DNA from: Bigelowiella natans CCMP2755
Taxonomy: Eukaryota > Protista > Cercozoa
Length of the DNA stretch: 64,000 nt
Assembly (NCBI GenBank): GCA_000320545.1
Contig: ADNK01000104.1
Location: forward strand, 1-64,000
Reading direction: 5' to 3'
How positions within the stretch are numbered: the first letter of the stretch is position 1; each line of letters starts with the position of its first letter. Of the stretch, positions 48,863-61,399 are shown in pieces. The notes under the pieces are model-generated. The model saw only the letters and a list, made by a program, of their open reading frames with translations. It searched no databases and was not told where the DNA came from. The position numbers were made by a program, and so were the translations under genes.

Positions 48863-50379
48863 GTGTGTGTAGGTGGAGGGGGAGGGGTGGGAGCAGGGAT
48901 GAAGAGAGTTAAAAGCGTTCATTAACAACGGTATCAAGTCCGGTGGTGATAGTTATAGTGCTTAGTGGAGGAATCGATGTCATATAAATCCTAAGCTGCG
49001 CTCGGTGCGTTAATTTGCTTGTTTGACTTCGTTGCGACATCGGCACGGTTTTAAGGTGAGCAACCTGGCACCCGCAGAGGGAGATACTACCCAATATATC
49101 AATGCAAGAAGCGCATAGCCACCACCATGCACGGCACTATTCTTTGCTGCTGCTGCTGCTGCTACCTTCTGCGATTAAGAGCGAGACGAATAGTGTCAGT
49201 AGGTAAATGGCGAACCCTGGATGAAAGCAGCACCACGGAAAGACGATTATTCGATTTGATTGTATTGACAGGAGCATCGTATTATTAGTGTAGCTGGTGT
49301 GTGTTATTAGTAGTCTTTCGAGTGCTAGCAGGCCACAGGAGGAGACTGTAGTGGTGGTGGGGGGAGGAGGGGGGGGGGGGGTCTAATCGCGAGACAAATA
49401 TCATGGATTGTGTTTCTTGCAGGGCACGATAAGTATATGTATAAAATATTTATTTATACATGCTCCTCCTCCTCCTCCTCCTCCTCCTCCTCCTCCTTAT
49501 CGTCATCACCACCACCACCATCATCATCATAATTTCGAATAACTGCGGATATAAAATTTATGCTAGATGCTTTAGGTTGCGCTAGATTGCAGCGATTGTT
49601 GTCGTTAAGGAGGCGGAGCGCTCCCACCGTTGAGTTTGGCCTGAAGAACTACAAGAGTCGTCGTCAGGAGCGCCAAGAGAAACACGCCCGGTAGAGACGT
49701 TAGGAACTGAGTATTGCATGTGTTATTGTCCATCACTATCGGTCTTTCTTACTCCCTATCGAGACAAGCTGCTGTTGTCGCTGATTCTACTTGCATCAGC
49801 AGTCATAAAAGCGAGCTCTTGTAGCCAATAGCAAGTGACGATGACGATGTTGATGGATGATAATGAGGAGGTGCGTGATGATGATTCATTAGGCACTGCT
49901 TTATTGCTGTTGCTTTTGCTGCTGCGTGGGTGAGATTGTGTATGAGCTTATTCTTTGCAGGTTTTGCAACCCCCCTCTTCCTCACCCTCTTCCGCCTCCT
50001 TAGGTCCCAGATGACTGATAGTAGTATTGACTACTGTCTGATTGCTTACCATAATTACCTTCGATATTGCGTACTCTGGCACGTTGTATGCGCGATTGAG
50101 CCGCTCCTAAAGGAGAAACAGGATAGCACGCATAAGCAACTGCATCAAGCTTTCCCCTCCCGATCCGGCAAGAAGTATGCGATTATAATGCGATTATTAT
50201 GTTGCGATTATAATGATGAAAGCGACGACATGGTGACAGGAAAGGCAAAACGAGGAGGAGGAGGAGGAGGAGGAGGAGGAGGAGGAGATATATCGTATCG
50301 GCTGATACCCTACAACGGAACTTTACAAAAGTTGAAAAGGATGGACTCTTCAGGAGCCCATAATTTTTGGAGAAGATAA

Positions 50380-50424
<45 letters not shown>

Positions 50425-50774
50425 TTTCACGACTGACGCAAAGTCTGAATCACCCCAAGCCCCTTCCCCCCCCCCTCCCCCTTCCACTACTTTATTTCTC
50501 CTTCCTCCTAACGTGTGCGTTGTCTAATGATGCGGCCGCAAGACGTAGTAGTAGTAGTAGCAGTAGTGGTAGGACTAGTAGTACCTTGAGAAACACATCC
50601 CTCTGGATGATAAAGAAGGGCAGCACAGCCACGCTCATAAACACCATAAAAGCAGCAATGTAGAATAGCACAGATATCCGAGAATTCACGCCTGTCCGTT
50701 GCGGAGCAGCGCATTATGAGATTGCGATGACGATTACAATATGATTACACACACACACACACACACACACATAA

Positions 50775-50817
<43 letters not shown>

Positions 50818-51086
50818 CATTTGTGAGTCGCCTCTCTCAGGATGTCAACTATGGATGTTTGTTGATGTGATTTCGACTTATCTCCAAAACTGCGCTTTCC
50901 TACTACTACTACTACTACTACTACTACTGCTGCTGCTACTACTACTACTACAGTTGTAATATGATCTCTGTAGCAGCATATGTAGCTCTGCATTCAAAGC
51001 TGCCAACAGCTGAGGAACTAAGTAATAAAAGTATCGTGGCGTCTTTGCCCGCCCTAGCTGCTTTATGCTCATACATCTGTACTGCT

Positions 51087-51127
<41 letters not shown>

Positions 51128-52640
51128 TCAAAGTCCTTTTTATTGCCAAGATTCAGATACATCAATCCAACCATCAGTGCAAGCATTGAGTACCTACGAC
51201 CGCCACACAAAGTCACGGGGATGGTGAGGATGATGGGGAGGAGGAGACTTACTTCAACAACCATTCCCATTAACGATGATGACGATTCGGTGTAAGTGTG
51301 TTGATATGATGGCCTCTCTCTCTCTCTTCCTCTCTCCCCCCCCTCTACTACTACTACTACTACTACATGGCGAGTCTAACGCCGATGATGCCGGGATCTC
51401 GAATGAGCTCCAGAAAGTCTCGGTGCACTAGCGTTGTGAGTCGCTCGCAGAACCCAGGACTACGTGCGTTATCATAATGACTCAATGGGGGGAGGGGGGT
51501 GCATGTTTTATCAGTACATGCATATGTAAAGAAAACATAGCATTTTAGCCAAGATCATATTGTTGAAGGACGAATTTAACTTGCCCTTGTGCAGATCTTA
51601 CGACAACGATCGAAGGCGAAGAAATGAGTCACGGTCACCGCGAGGATTATCACCACCACGACCTCCAACATCAACACCACCATTATCATTATCTTCTTCT
51701 TATTACTATGACTATCACCATTCTCACCGCTGTAGATGCTTGTGTTCGTATGGCTCGTCTGTCTTCCTCTCTGGCTGCTGAGAATTAACGGGTAAACATC
51801 CCGGTTTACGCACGCTAGTGAAGCAGTAGTGGCAACAATGATGATCGGGATTGATATTGCTAATTTGTTCTTGTGTTGTGTATTTCTAGGAGGCTGCGAA
51901 GAACAGGAGCACAACATCACCACCATCGTCAACTCCGCAACCATTTCATCATTAATATGATCTAGCCTGCCTCGAGTAGTACCGCTGTTCTCCTATCAGT
52001 CTCCTTCTTAGCTTCATACTGTGCGTAGGCCTCGATGAGTACCTTCACGTCATCTCTCTAATGGATGGATACGAACGAGGACAGAGACCGTGGCAACGAC
52101 GAAGAGAGGAGGACGGGCAGATTGCTTCAATGCATCAAATCACAATTGGTTTTCTTGCGACGACTCGTACAGAGCGAACAATCGCGTGATACGAATTATC
52201 GCTCCCGATGCTGTTTCTGTCACATGAATTGATGGTGACACTACGTGATTTTCACGAGGTGTGTCTAGGCTGTGGAGATGATGTTCTCAAGCTGCATGAG
52301 CGCAAAGAAAACGATATAAAAGCTCATCATCATCATCATCATTCATTACTGTTCGTCCGGGAAAATCGGCGTTAATAAGCGATATGATGAAATCTGCATA
52401 GAGAAGGAAGAGGAGGGGGATGAGAATGAAACACGAGAGGGGCAGGGAGGTGATAGCGACTGTGCTTAATTTCAAGGGAGAAAAAGAGAGGTGGACGATA
52501 ACAAACCAGACACCGTACGTACTACCTGCCGGATTTGAGTAAGATGGGCATGCTTTGCCGATCGATTTGAAGTAATTGAGACACTTTTCCCCTGCGGGGC
52601 CTATCCAATTACGGTGTCGAGTTTATATCCTCCTCCCCCC

Positions 52641-52718
<78 letters not shown>

Positions 52719-52993
52719 ATCCGTCTCTCCCCAGCTCCCCATCCTTTTCCCCGAAGAAACAACCGAAATAGACCGACTGGCCCGCTGACATGAATCCGAC
52801 CTGGAGTTAAAAGAAGAAGAAGAAGAAGAAAAAGAACGTTGAGAGAACATCAGCACAAACACCTACATCGTCTCTCACTTGTTATGTGCCGTGCATACAC
52901 ACATGTGCACTAAAGAAACTTCAACCCATCCTTTTCCACGCGTATCAAAACGCATCGAAACTCAGCCACCACAATCATCATGGAAACCTTCCT

Positions 52994-53052
<59 letters not shown>

Positions 53053-54828
53053 GCACTTTGTCGAACAGGCCCCAGATCTCAGAGGAGGGCTGGTGAATGG
53101 AAAGAATGATTGTATGTCCTGGTAAAAATGATAACAAGAGGGGGAGATGATGATGACGATGATGGTGATGGATGACGATGATGATAATGGCAATGATGAT
53201 GACATGCTAAACCGGAGAAAACAAATTGACAAATAATGCGCGTCCCTTGAGTCACTGTCTTCTTCAAATACCATTTTTTCCAAGCCCTTTCAGATGGTCA
53301 ATCTAACGCAAATGTGCACGGGAAGATACCAGCACGTAAGCAAGAGAATACCAGTACTTATTTAGCATAATGTACATTCATCGTGTGTGTGCGGTATGTG
53401 TTTCAAATGAGAGATATATTCTTATCGGATTGTAGTCAAGGTTCAGTTGTGCAGGTTTTCATGAGAAAATACCAGAGCGAACGCTGAGGCAGAGTCGAGT
53501 CCGCTTGTCGGCTCATCTAAAACCTGTGAGGAGGGGGTGGTAGTAGTGGTAGAAGAAGAAGAAGAAGAAGAAGAAGAAGAAGAAGAAGAAGATGATGATG
53601 ATGATGAAGAAGAAGAAGAAGATGATGATGATGAAGAGGATTTGTGGCCCTACAGGAGCACCTACCAACACCCTGACGCTTTTTATTTTACAGGCTGTTT
53701 CGGCCAATATGCAAACGACATCTGCTACTCAAAGGGACAGAAAACGCCGCTTGATGACATCGTACTACTGTAATTTATAAACACGGACATTCAAATTGAC
53801 AACATCTTTCACCAGGAGCGAGGGACTTCGGATGAGCTCTACCGCGACACTGAGGCGGCGCTTTTGGCCACCGGAAAGGCCCTTCCGAAACACTGTTCCT
53901 ACGACCGTATCCGCACAGACACGCAACCCCATCTGGTGGTCGAAATTATTACAAGAATGAATTATTATGGGGGAGGAGAGCAGTGGTGAAATAACACGGG
54001 CACGGATACTCCTCTCCTAACAACCGAAGCATTAAGAACCTCGTTTATAGTTTCCTCAACGATGTCGTCAATCCTGGTGCGTAGATTTCCCCCGACCGTG
54101 AGCCTGGCTGCGAAACGAAGGGTCTCGCTTGCCGTCAATGTCCCTAGGATTCGAAATGGTACCAATTTCAAACAAAGCACTAACTAAATGCACCAGAAGA
54201 AGAACAACGGCAAAATTGCTGCAGCGAATGCGTCTTCAAGTAAAAATTCATCTTGATCTCGAAATAAGGTTCGCAGGATAGGGCGGTGCAGCGTATCGTG
54301 CGGTAAACAAATACCTACAAGCGCCTCTTCTTGAGGAACATAAGCTCCAAAATTGGCAAACGTATTGGGATCCCTGACCGCGGTATGGTTCAGCAGTACA
54401 TCTCCGGAGAGTATACGCTCTGCAGGAGAAGGGTCGATTCGCGAGGCGACAAAATCCATCAATGTTGTTTTTCCAGACCCAGATGGGCCCATGACAGCGC
54501 AAACCTGAACGACGTACGTGCGAAGCTACACTAAGGAGAATGTTCGAAGCGTAGCAAAGAAAAGGAAATGTGGACGGTGCAACAAAGTTTTACTTCAACG
54601 GTGATGGACCCCCCCCCCCCCCCAACTTAGCGCATCACACTATTGTACCTCTCCTGGCTGGACGTCTCCGTTGAGATTCTGCAGGATCTTTCTCTCGCCA
54701 ACCTGGAAGTTGACCCTCGTCCATTGCAGATGCACGGGCTGAGCAGCTGATCTGAGTCTTTCTTGTGAGCTAACCTTCGCACCCACCATGATGATCGATT
54801 CTCGCTTCGCATCAGGACCCCTCATCAT
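47477..54828 (-). CDS. ABCG (White-type) half transporter, NBD-TMD
   Basis: Walker A GPSGSGKTT, Q-loop AYVPQEE, signature LSGGQKRRLSVAVEL, DEPTSGLDS, IHQPSSE, NPA, and ABC2-membrane exons (RDPGIIGVRL, FYIAAFMVFMSVAVLPFF, GFFIVKSQIPPWFIWGY). Ends VLWKFQTGRR*. Confidence 0.93.
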
Positions 54829-55499
54829 CTCCTCGATAACGATGTAAAATGTTGTAAAAAGAAGATTGTTATGGGTGTTGGTTCTATGCTCTACAGCGGC
54901 ATGGACTCTTCTGGAGGGTGAATGAGGAGCAAGGGGCGCCTAAGGTTTCCCTCTAGGGTTGTTACGATCAAAACGAAATGCATCCATTTTTTGTCCTGCG
55001 ACAATGCTATAACCGTTGCAGCAAACACCTTTCGCTGCATTTCCGTGGGAATTTGAACATCCAGACGCTTGCAAGTCGTCATGACTTACGATTTAAGTTC
55101 CTAGAGTTCGTAGCATCATCCGGATTTGTCGTTCATAGCGAACGCCTTTAAAAAATTTCCTAGACCATTCCAATTTCCAACTGACCCAAAAAAATAAATG
55201 CGATGTAAATGAGTGAAATCCTTGGAAATTCCATTGTTTTTTAACATGACGACAATGATCGAATGAAATCTTAAATGAGAAACGAAAACTTTCTGCTCGG
55301 CTCCCAGAAGAGAGAAAGAAAGTTGTTCGATGTTCGGCTCCAGCCAGGGAAGGAAAGGTCGTGTGACGTTCGTCATCGACCTGGAAGAACAAGGTGCCAC
55401 AAATGACAGGATGGTAGATCCATGATATGATTATTGATGTTCCTAGGTTGAGTAAGAACTCGCACAGCAATGCAAATACAACCGAAAGAACATGTTGTC

Positions 55500-57000
55500 C
55501 AAGGTCAGTCTTGTGCGCATGCACACGTAGGTGCGTCCACGCGGCGTGCATGTGGGTGACGGATGACTTTCACAACTTCGAAATGAGGCAATGACGACTC
55601 TTGCCTTGTCAATTAGGATGGTGAGGGAAGAGCTTGGATCAGAAAAGCCTAGATTGGGAGCCTAGCTGCCTCATCCTTGCGGGCCCACACCATCATTCGC
55701 GCTCAAATGCGAGTCGCAAAACGAGTTCTGTTTTTGGTTCCTGGTGCCAGAGTGGTCTGTCATGACCCACAGTGAGAAACGAGTTTCATGCATGGTTCAT
55801 GCCGAATGATGCATGCAGAGTTTCTTGTTCAAAGTGGACACGTGGATTGATGGGAAAAAAAGGCGAATCAAAACACGTTTTCTCGAACATTGAAGTGTGC
55901 AATGTTGCAACGCTAGAACGTGCTAGCGTACATAGTTCCAATCACATCCGAGCGAGCGTCCTGATTGAAGATCGAAGATCTGAGTTCTGCTTCTGGTGTG
56001 CACGGATGTACTTGTTGGAGGGGCGCGTGTGACCGTCGCACGTTCACTCGATCAGGCGTGCACGTGAACGACTGCATCGTGGATGCAGCAATGATGTCGT
56101 TTCGGCTGTGCGTGCATGAGCCGGTAAATGTGTTCATGGCATTGACCGATAGTTACCGTCAATGACAAGTTTCCTTCCCGAATGAATTCATCGTGGACGA
56201 ATGTCCGTGTGTTTTTCTCTTGCGACAACGCCTCTTGGTCAACTGCTCTCATGCTTTTCAAAAGCCATCGGTCCCAAAAGAGCACGTGTAGCTGCTCGCA
56301 AGGAACGAAAAAAGAAACTGACCCTTGAAGGACACACAAATCACATGTTTGGCTGTGCGTTGTCTGCAGACGCGGGAAACTTGCGATGTCTGAAATCAGG
56401 GACCAAAAATGCACAACTTGGAGAAATTTTAGACGGTGCACAAAACTGCACACCCTCGAAGGACACACAGAAAAGGCGACTACTTGCCATGCGTTGTCCG
56501 CGAACGGGAAGCTGGCGATTTCGTGCCTGATGGCAAAAACTCATCACCTGGAAAACTTCAGGTGGGGCTCAAGTGCACCCCACATCCTGAGCACGTGCAT
56601 GTGCATCCCGAGGCGTGCAACGATACGCATGCCAGCATGTGCATGTGAGACGGCGATGAACTTTTGCACTCGCTTCAATGGTGTAGTCATCCCACTAGCG
56701 CAGCCATGCAAAGCTGCGGCCACCGCTTGGCCGCTAGACCGCGCTAGCTCATCTAGTCATGCATGTGACTCCAAGCTAGATGTCCAGATGTCTAGACAGA
56801 GTCAGCGTGCTGGCAGTATTTCGCAAATTTGGACACACAAATAGACAATAAAGAACATTATTGCATGCCTACTGTTGTCTACTGTTCCGTTGAACGACAG
56901 ACATTTGCACGTGCTGCAAAAAGTCAACATGCTGCTGTGCAAGTTCATTATCAGAAGGCCAGGAAGTGACAAAAGGCTAAGTTGGCAGGTGTGGTGCAGT
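55500..57000. repeat. TpA-depleted island with decayed coding sequence
   Basis: About 15 TA dinucleotides in 55561-56640 (1080 nt, manual count). CpG retained. Confidence 0.6.
56310..56545 (+). pseudogene. WD40-repeat pseudogene fragment
   Basis: Two frameshifted repeats, KLTLEGHTNHMFGCALSADAG and KLHTLEGHTEKATTCHALSANGKLAISC. Confidence 0.65.
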
Positions 57001-57031
57001 GGACGAGCAGTGTTATCCATTGAATATCCCA

Positions 57032-60000
57032 TCATTTAAACCAGGAATCGCCCGTAAGCCTCTCGAGGTCTTGGAGGCTCGGATTATCAATGGACATCAT
57101 ACCTGTTAGTTTTCCGCATTTATACACAGCATCACCTTAGGGACGTACATATAAAGGTCAATGTGCTAGCACTACTACTACTCCTACGCGAAAGCAATAG
57201 GGTTGCTGCTCACCATCATTGTAGAACCCCCACCATGAACTTCTCAGCCCCTTCAGCCACCCATTCTTCATCTGTAAAAGGCTGCGTGCGTCCACAGCAT
57301 GCATTTCAATAATGATGTATCACTGTGTTGTGTTGTTCGGAACTACTGCAAGCGCAACCGCATATTGACATATATGATCAGGTACGAGCAGTGGAGAATA
57401 TGTAGAAGAGTGTCTGTCTGTCTTTGAATGTGTGTATACACGCGCGCGCGTTTCGTAACAATATCACGAAAAAATGATGATAGCGGAGAAGCATTATATC
57501 GGAGAGGTGGTAGACACCTTTGCTGGAGAGCTGTGGAGCACTTCCATACATCGGGTTCATACAAGTGGTCGCATAACGCGAGAGCCAACTTCATTTTCTG
57601 CAGATATCGCAACGTGGGAGTGGCGAAAGGTTGATATTATTTTTGATGACAGGATTCTAGCAACCACCGCAGAGACTTTTGGCTACTATTCTTTGTTTGC
57701 TGTCGCTGTCCCTTCCCCCACCCCAACCCCACTTTCCAACGCCATCCATGACAACACACGCGACAAGGACGAAAATGATACCACCACCACCACCACCACC
57801 ACTACCACTATACATCAAAGGGATAATCGCTCACACCGCCATCGGCATCATAGAAGCACTGGTTATTTTCATCATCATTATTATAATCACTATTTTCAGC
57901 ACCTCCGTCACTGCCCATGGCGGAAGGCCGGAGAAGGATACCGCTCTTTCAAACCCCACGTAGTGGCCTCGCCTCCTATGCGCCATCCGTGTGCCCCCTC
58001 CATTACCACCAGCACCACCACCACCACCACTATTTGCGCTATCAGCGGTAGCAGTATCACCACCATCTTCTTCCGTCTTCCAAACGATCGCTGGGTCCGG
58101 GATCCCCGTGATTTCAGGGTGGTACCTTATAGATGTGAGTGGGGGGGGGAGGAGGTGGGTGATACAGCAAAGGTAAGATGTACGCCGAAGGCATCTACGT
58201 GCGCATTTTTGTATTTTGCGAATGTATAATGTTGTAATGTTTTGACAGAGAATGGGGGGGGGGGCGGCGGCTAGGTAAGTTGGTCGAGTGTGTACGCACA
58301 AGCGCATCCAGTTTTCGGAACTATACTCGCACGGAAGTGAAGCCCATTGATATCTAAGAAAGACGATCATGATGATGAGGAAGAACCGTCCTCCTATTTT
58401 TAATTGTGCGAGGGCGTCGAAGCATCACATCGCCCCCTCCCCCCATACTACCCTAGCCACCTTGTGTTCAGTCACTCTACTCTTTAGAGGAAGATCTTAT
58501 TCATACCAATGGATTATTTGAATCGGCAGCGAGGCAACCACATGAAATAGAGTAACGCGCACACACATCAGAGAAGCGGCGACTCACTTGAAGTAATCGT
58601 TAAGGAAAGCTTCTGCATTAACATGCAACTGCTGAGACGCTCGGAGCGACGCGAACACTGTCATGATTTCCTTGGGAGTAAGAATAGCGCGGCGGAAAAC
58701 GAGGAAAAGACAGAAGATTGAGTAAGACAGCCGGCAAGTAACATCAAATTGAGATATTTGAGGCGGGTGTGTATACATGCATGCATGTGTGTGCGTGCGT
58801 GTGTGTGTGCGTAGTGGGTGTGAAAGCGTCAACGAATCTTGACCCCACTTCGTTTCGCTAGTTTACGTTGTTGTTGTTATTATTGACGTTCTTCTTCTTC
58901 TTCTTCTTCTTCTTCTTCTTCTCAATCCTTAGCCTACCTTATATGTAGGGCCATGTGGCCGAAAGAGCAGCAGCCTCCCACCAAATAGCGGCTCCATCCT
59001 CTCTCCCCTTACCCCCCCCCCCGGCTTCCGAGGCGGGCAGTACGGGCATAGCCAAGCCTGGCGATTTCCCTGCCCACATGTGCACAGAGGCACCGCAGCA
59101 ACCCTGGCGGGGGGGCGATCCGGATGAGGAGCAGTATGGTCTTCTGTGCCTCCAAGCATCCTCCTCCTCCTCCTCCCCTTCCTCCCCCCCCTGCCGCTGC
59201 TAAATGATGATGATGGTGATGGTGATGATAATGCGGAAGATGTGAGAAAGGTGGATAGCGGAGGGAGCAGTGGCGAAGAGGAGGAGGAGGGGGAGGAGGG
59301 GGGGGAGCAGGAAGCAGCAGCAGCAGCAGCAGCAGCATTGGTGTCGCCTCTATCAGCAAGTTGGAAGAGGAGAAGATCGTCCATGTTGCGGAACACCAAT
59401 GTTTTGGGGGAGAGGACGCATACTGCCGAGTACTACAAATGGGAAAAGCACAAGGAGAGTAGTATCAGAGAGGAGATTTATAGGGGAGGAAGAAGGGGGG
59501 GGGAAGGGGTTAAGAAAGGCCACAAGTAGGATGAATGCCATGCAAAGCGCAAATGAATTCTTCCTCTAACCTAGAGGCTACTACCAACCACTTGTGGCTG
59601 TTCTGTGTGTTTGTCGGCCCATATCACTATTATTGACGTGTGAGGGTAAAGAAGAAGCCACTACCTGTGTCAATCCAAATGCATGGAGAAGACCCCAGTT
59701 CTCATTGTCCGTTGCGGGCGAAAGGTCTTCCATCTCTATCACGTGGCCAACCTGACGCATTATGTCATTATGAGTCGTTGTGAGTCGCACGCACATGAAC
59801 ACGTTCTCACAACGATGGAGCCAAATCAGCGACACACGCGCACCTACTACATTGTGGCACACCGCCACAATAATCCACTTCACGCAAACATGGTATATCA
59901 TAACTATAACATTCTTCAGAGAAGCAATATTGAGCCGAGCGATATTCAGGAGTGGCAGTAGAAGCAGCAGCAGCAGCAGCAGCAGCTAGACGAGCCACCG

Positions 60001-60579
60001 CACAATCTCTCAAATAGAAATGCCCAACCCTACCCCTGGATGACGATATAACTGGTTTCTGAGGGTCGCGTTGATTCTCTGTGATACTAACACTGTGAGA
60101 GGAAATATGGAGCCCGTCCTTACAAGGCTTTCACTCAGGGCCACCACCTACAAATGACGATTCGGGCAAACAAACAAAGGAGACATCAGGACGTGCACGG
60201 ACACTCTACAATTCTTACGCATGGCGGTGTTGTTTCTATTGTATATGCAATAAATTTGTGGCTTTTCCCTTCAATGAATGCCAATGAGCATTCGTGCATA
60301 GTTGATTATATGACCCCTGGCATGTCGTTTTCTTCCGTCAGGATCGTCACCCATACCCTTGAGAAACGCATGGCCTGCTTCCTCATCGCAATCCAATCAG
60401 CAAGCGACTGCCTCGCCCTGACAAGAAGACGGATACATGTAACCAATTAGCAATCAACGGCAGGGGCACACCTGCCATTTCCACACCAATGAATACGACT
60501 GGTTGCTAGACAAAAATGGTCGGTGGTCTCGTCGATAATAATTCACAAGTTTACAAACTCGCAATGCTGCTTCGCTGCC

Positions 60580-60617
<38 letters not shown>

Positions 60618-61052
60618 TCCTAGCATGCATATTAGGGTTTTGATCGTTGTATGCGTGGCCGACGCGCGCCATAGAACCTCCTCATAATACTCGATGGGTG
60701 GTAGTATCGAGCGAGCCGAGGCACATTCTCTCTCAACTGCTGGAAGTAATTGATGGGGGAGAAGGACGCAGAGTGTACTATTGTTCCCCCTTGAGCGGTA
60801 TTCTGTCGAATAGGATGACATGTTTTCACGAATCGGTTATTGGAGAGTGGTGCGACAATAGAGCTATGTTAGAACAAGAGCGGCGAAGTCTCCTTTAGAT
60901 CTCACCAGTCCCACATCGCTTTTCCCTGCTACCCCAGCAGCAGAAGCGTCAGCAGTAACCCAGTGTGGCGAGTGTGGAGAGGCGCACTGCACGAACAGCA
61001 ACAAGAGAAGGGACACAGGTAATGGGAAAATGGTGACCACCTCTCCCGCCAT
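57032..61052 (-). CDS. Glycosyltransferase family 8 (glycogenin/galactinol-synthase-like) protein with signal peptide and degenerate catalytic motifs
   Basis: RVWVTILTEENDMPG|VVALSESLVRTGS, YSAVCVLSPKTLVFRNMDDL, VAAVP, LFGGRLLLFRP, AEAFLNDYFK, WASLPCEY and WWGFY follow the GT8 motif order. Confidence 0.65.
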
Positions 61053-61399
61053 ACACGTATTCGCGGTTCGCAGGCAGATCTGCCCCCCTTCCCCCTCAGT
61101 AGGCTTGGCTGCTCGCTTCTGGCTGCCCTTTCCGAGCGAGTTATTAGGCTCCCCTTTTCACTTAAGAAGCAGTTCTTAAGAGCGCGCGCTTTAAGAACAT
61201 AAATCCGATGGGGACAGGTTTCACGCGGCAGGTGTGTTCTCAGAGTGTTGTCTTTGTTGCTTTCACCTTTTTGCTGCTGCTGCTGAAAATATTTCCAAAA
61301 AAATCACTAAACGAATGGTCCTAATTTTGGATCTGTGTTTAGATAGTTATTTTGCGATATATTATCGGTTTAGTGATCACATGCATGTTCATCAACCGT

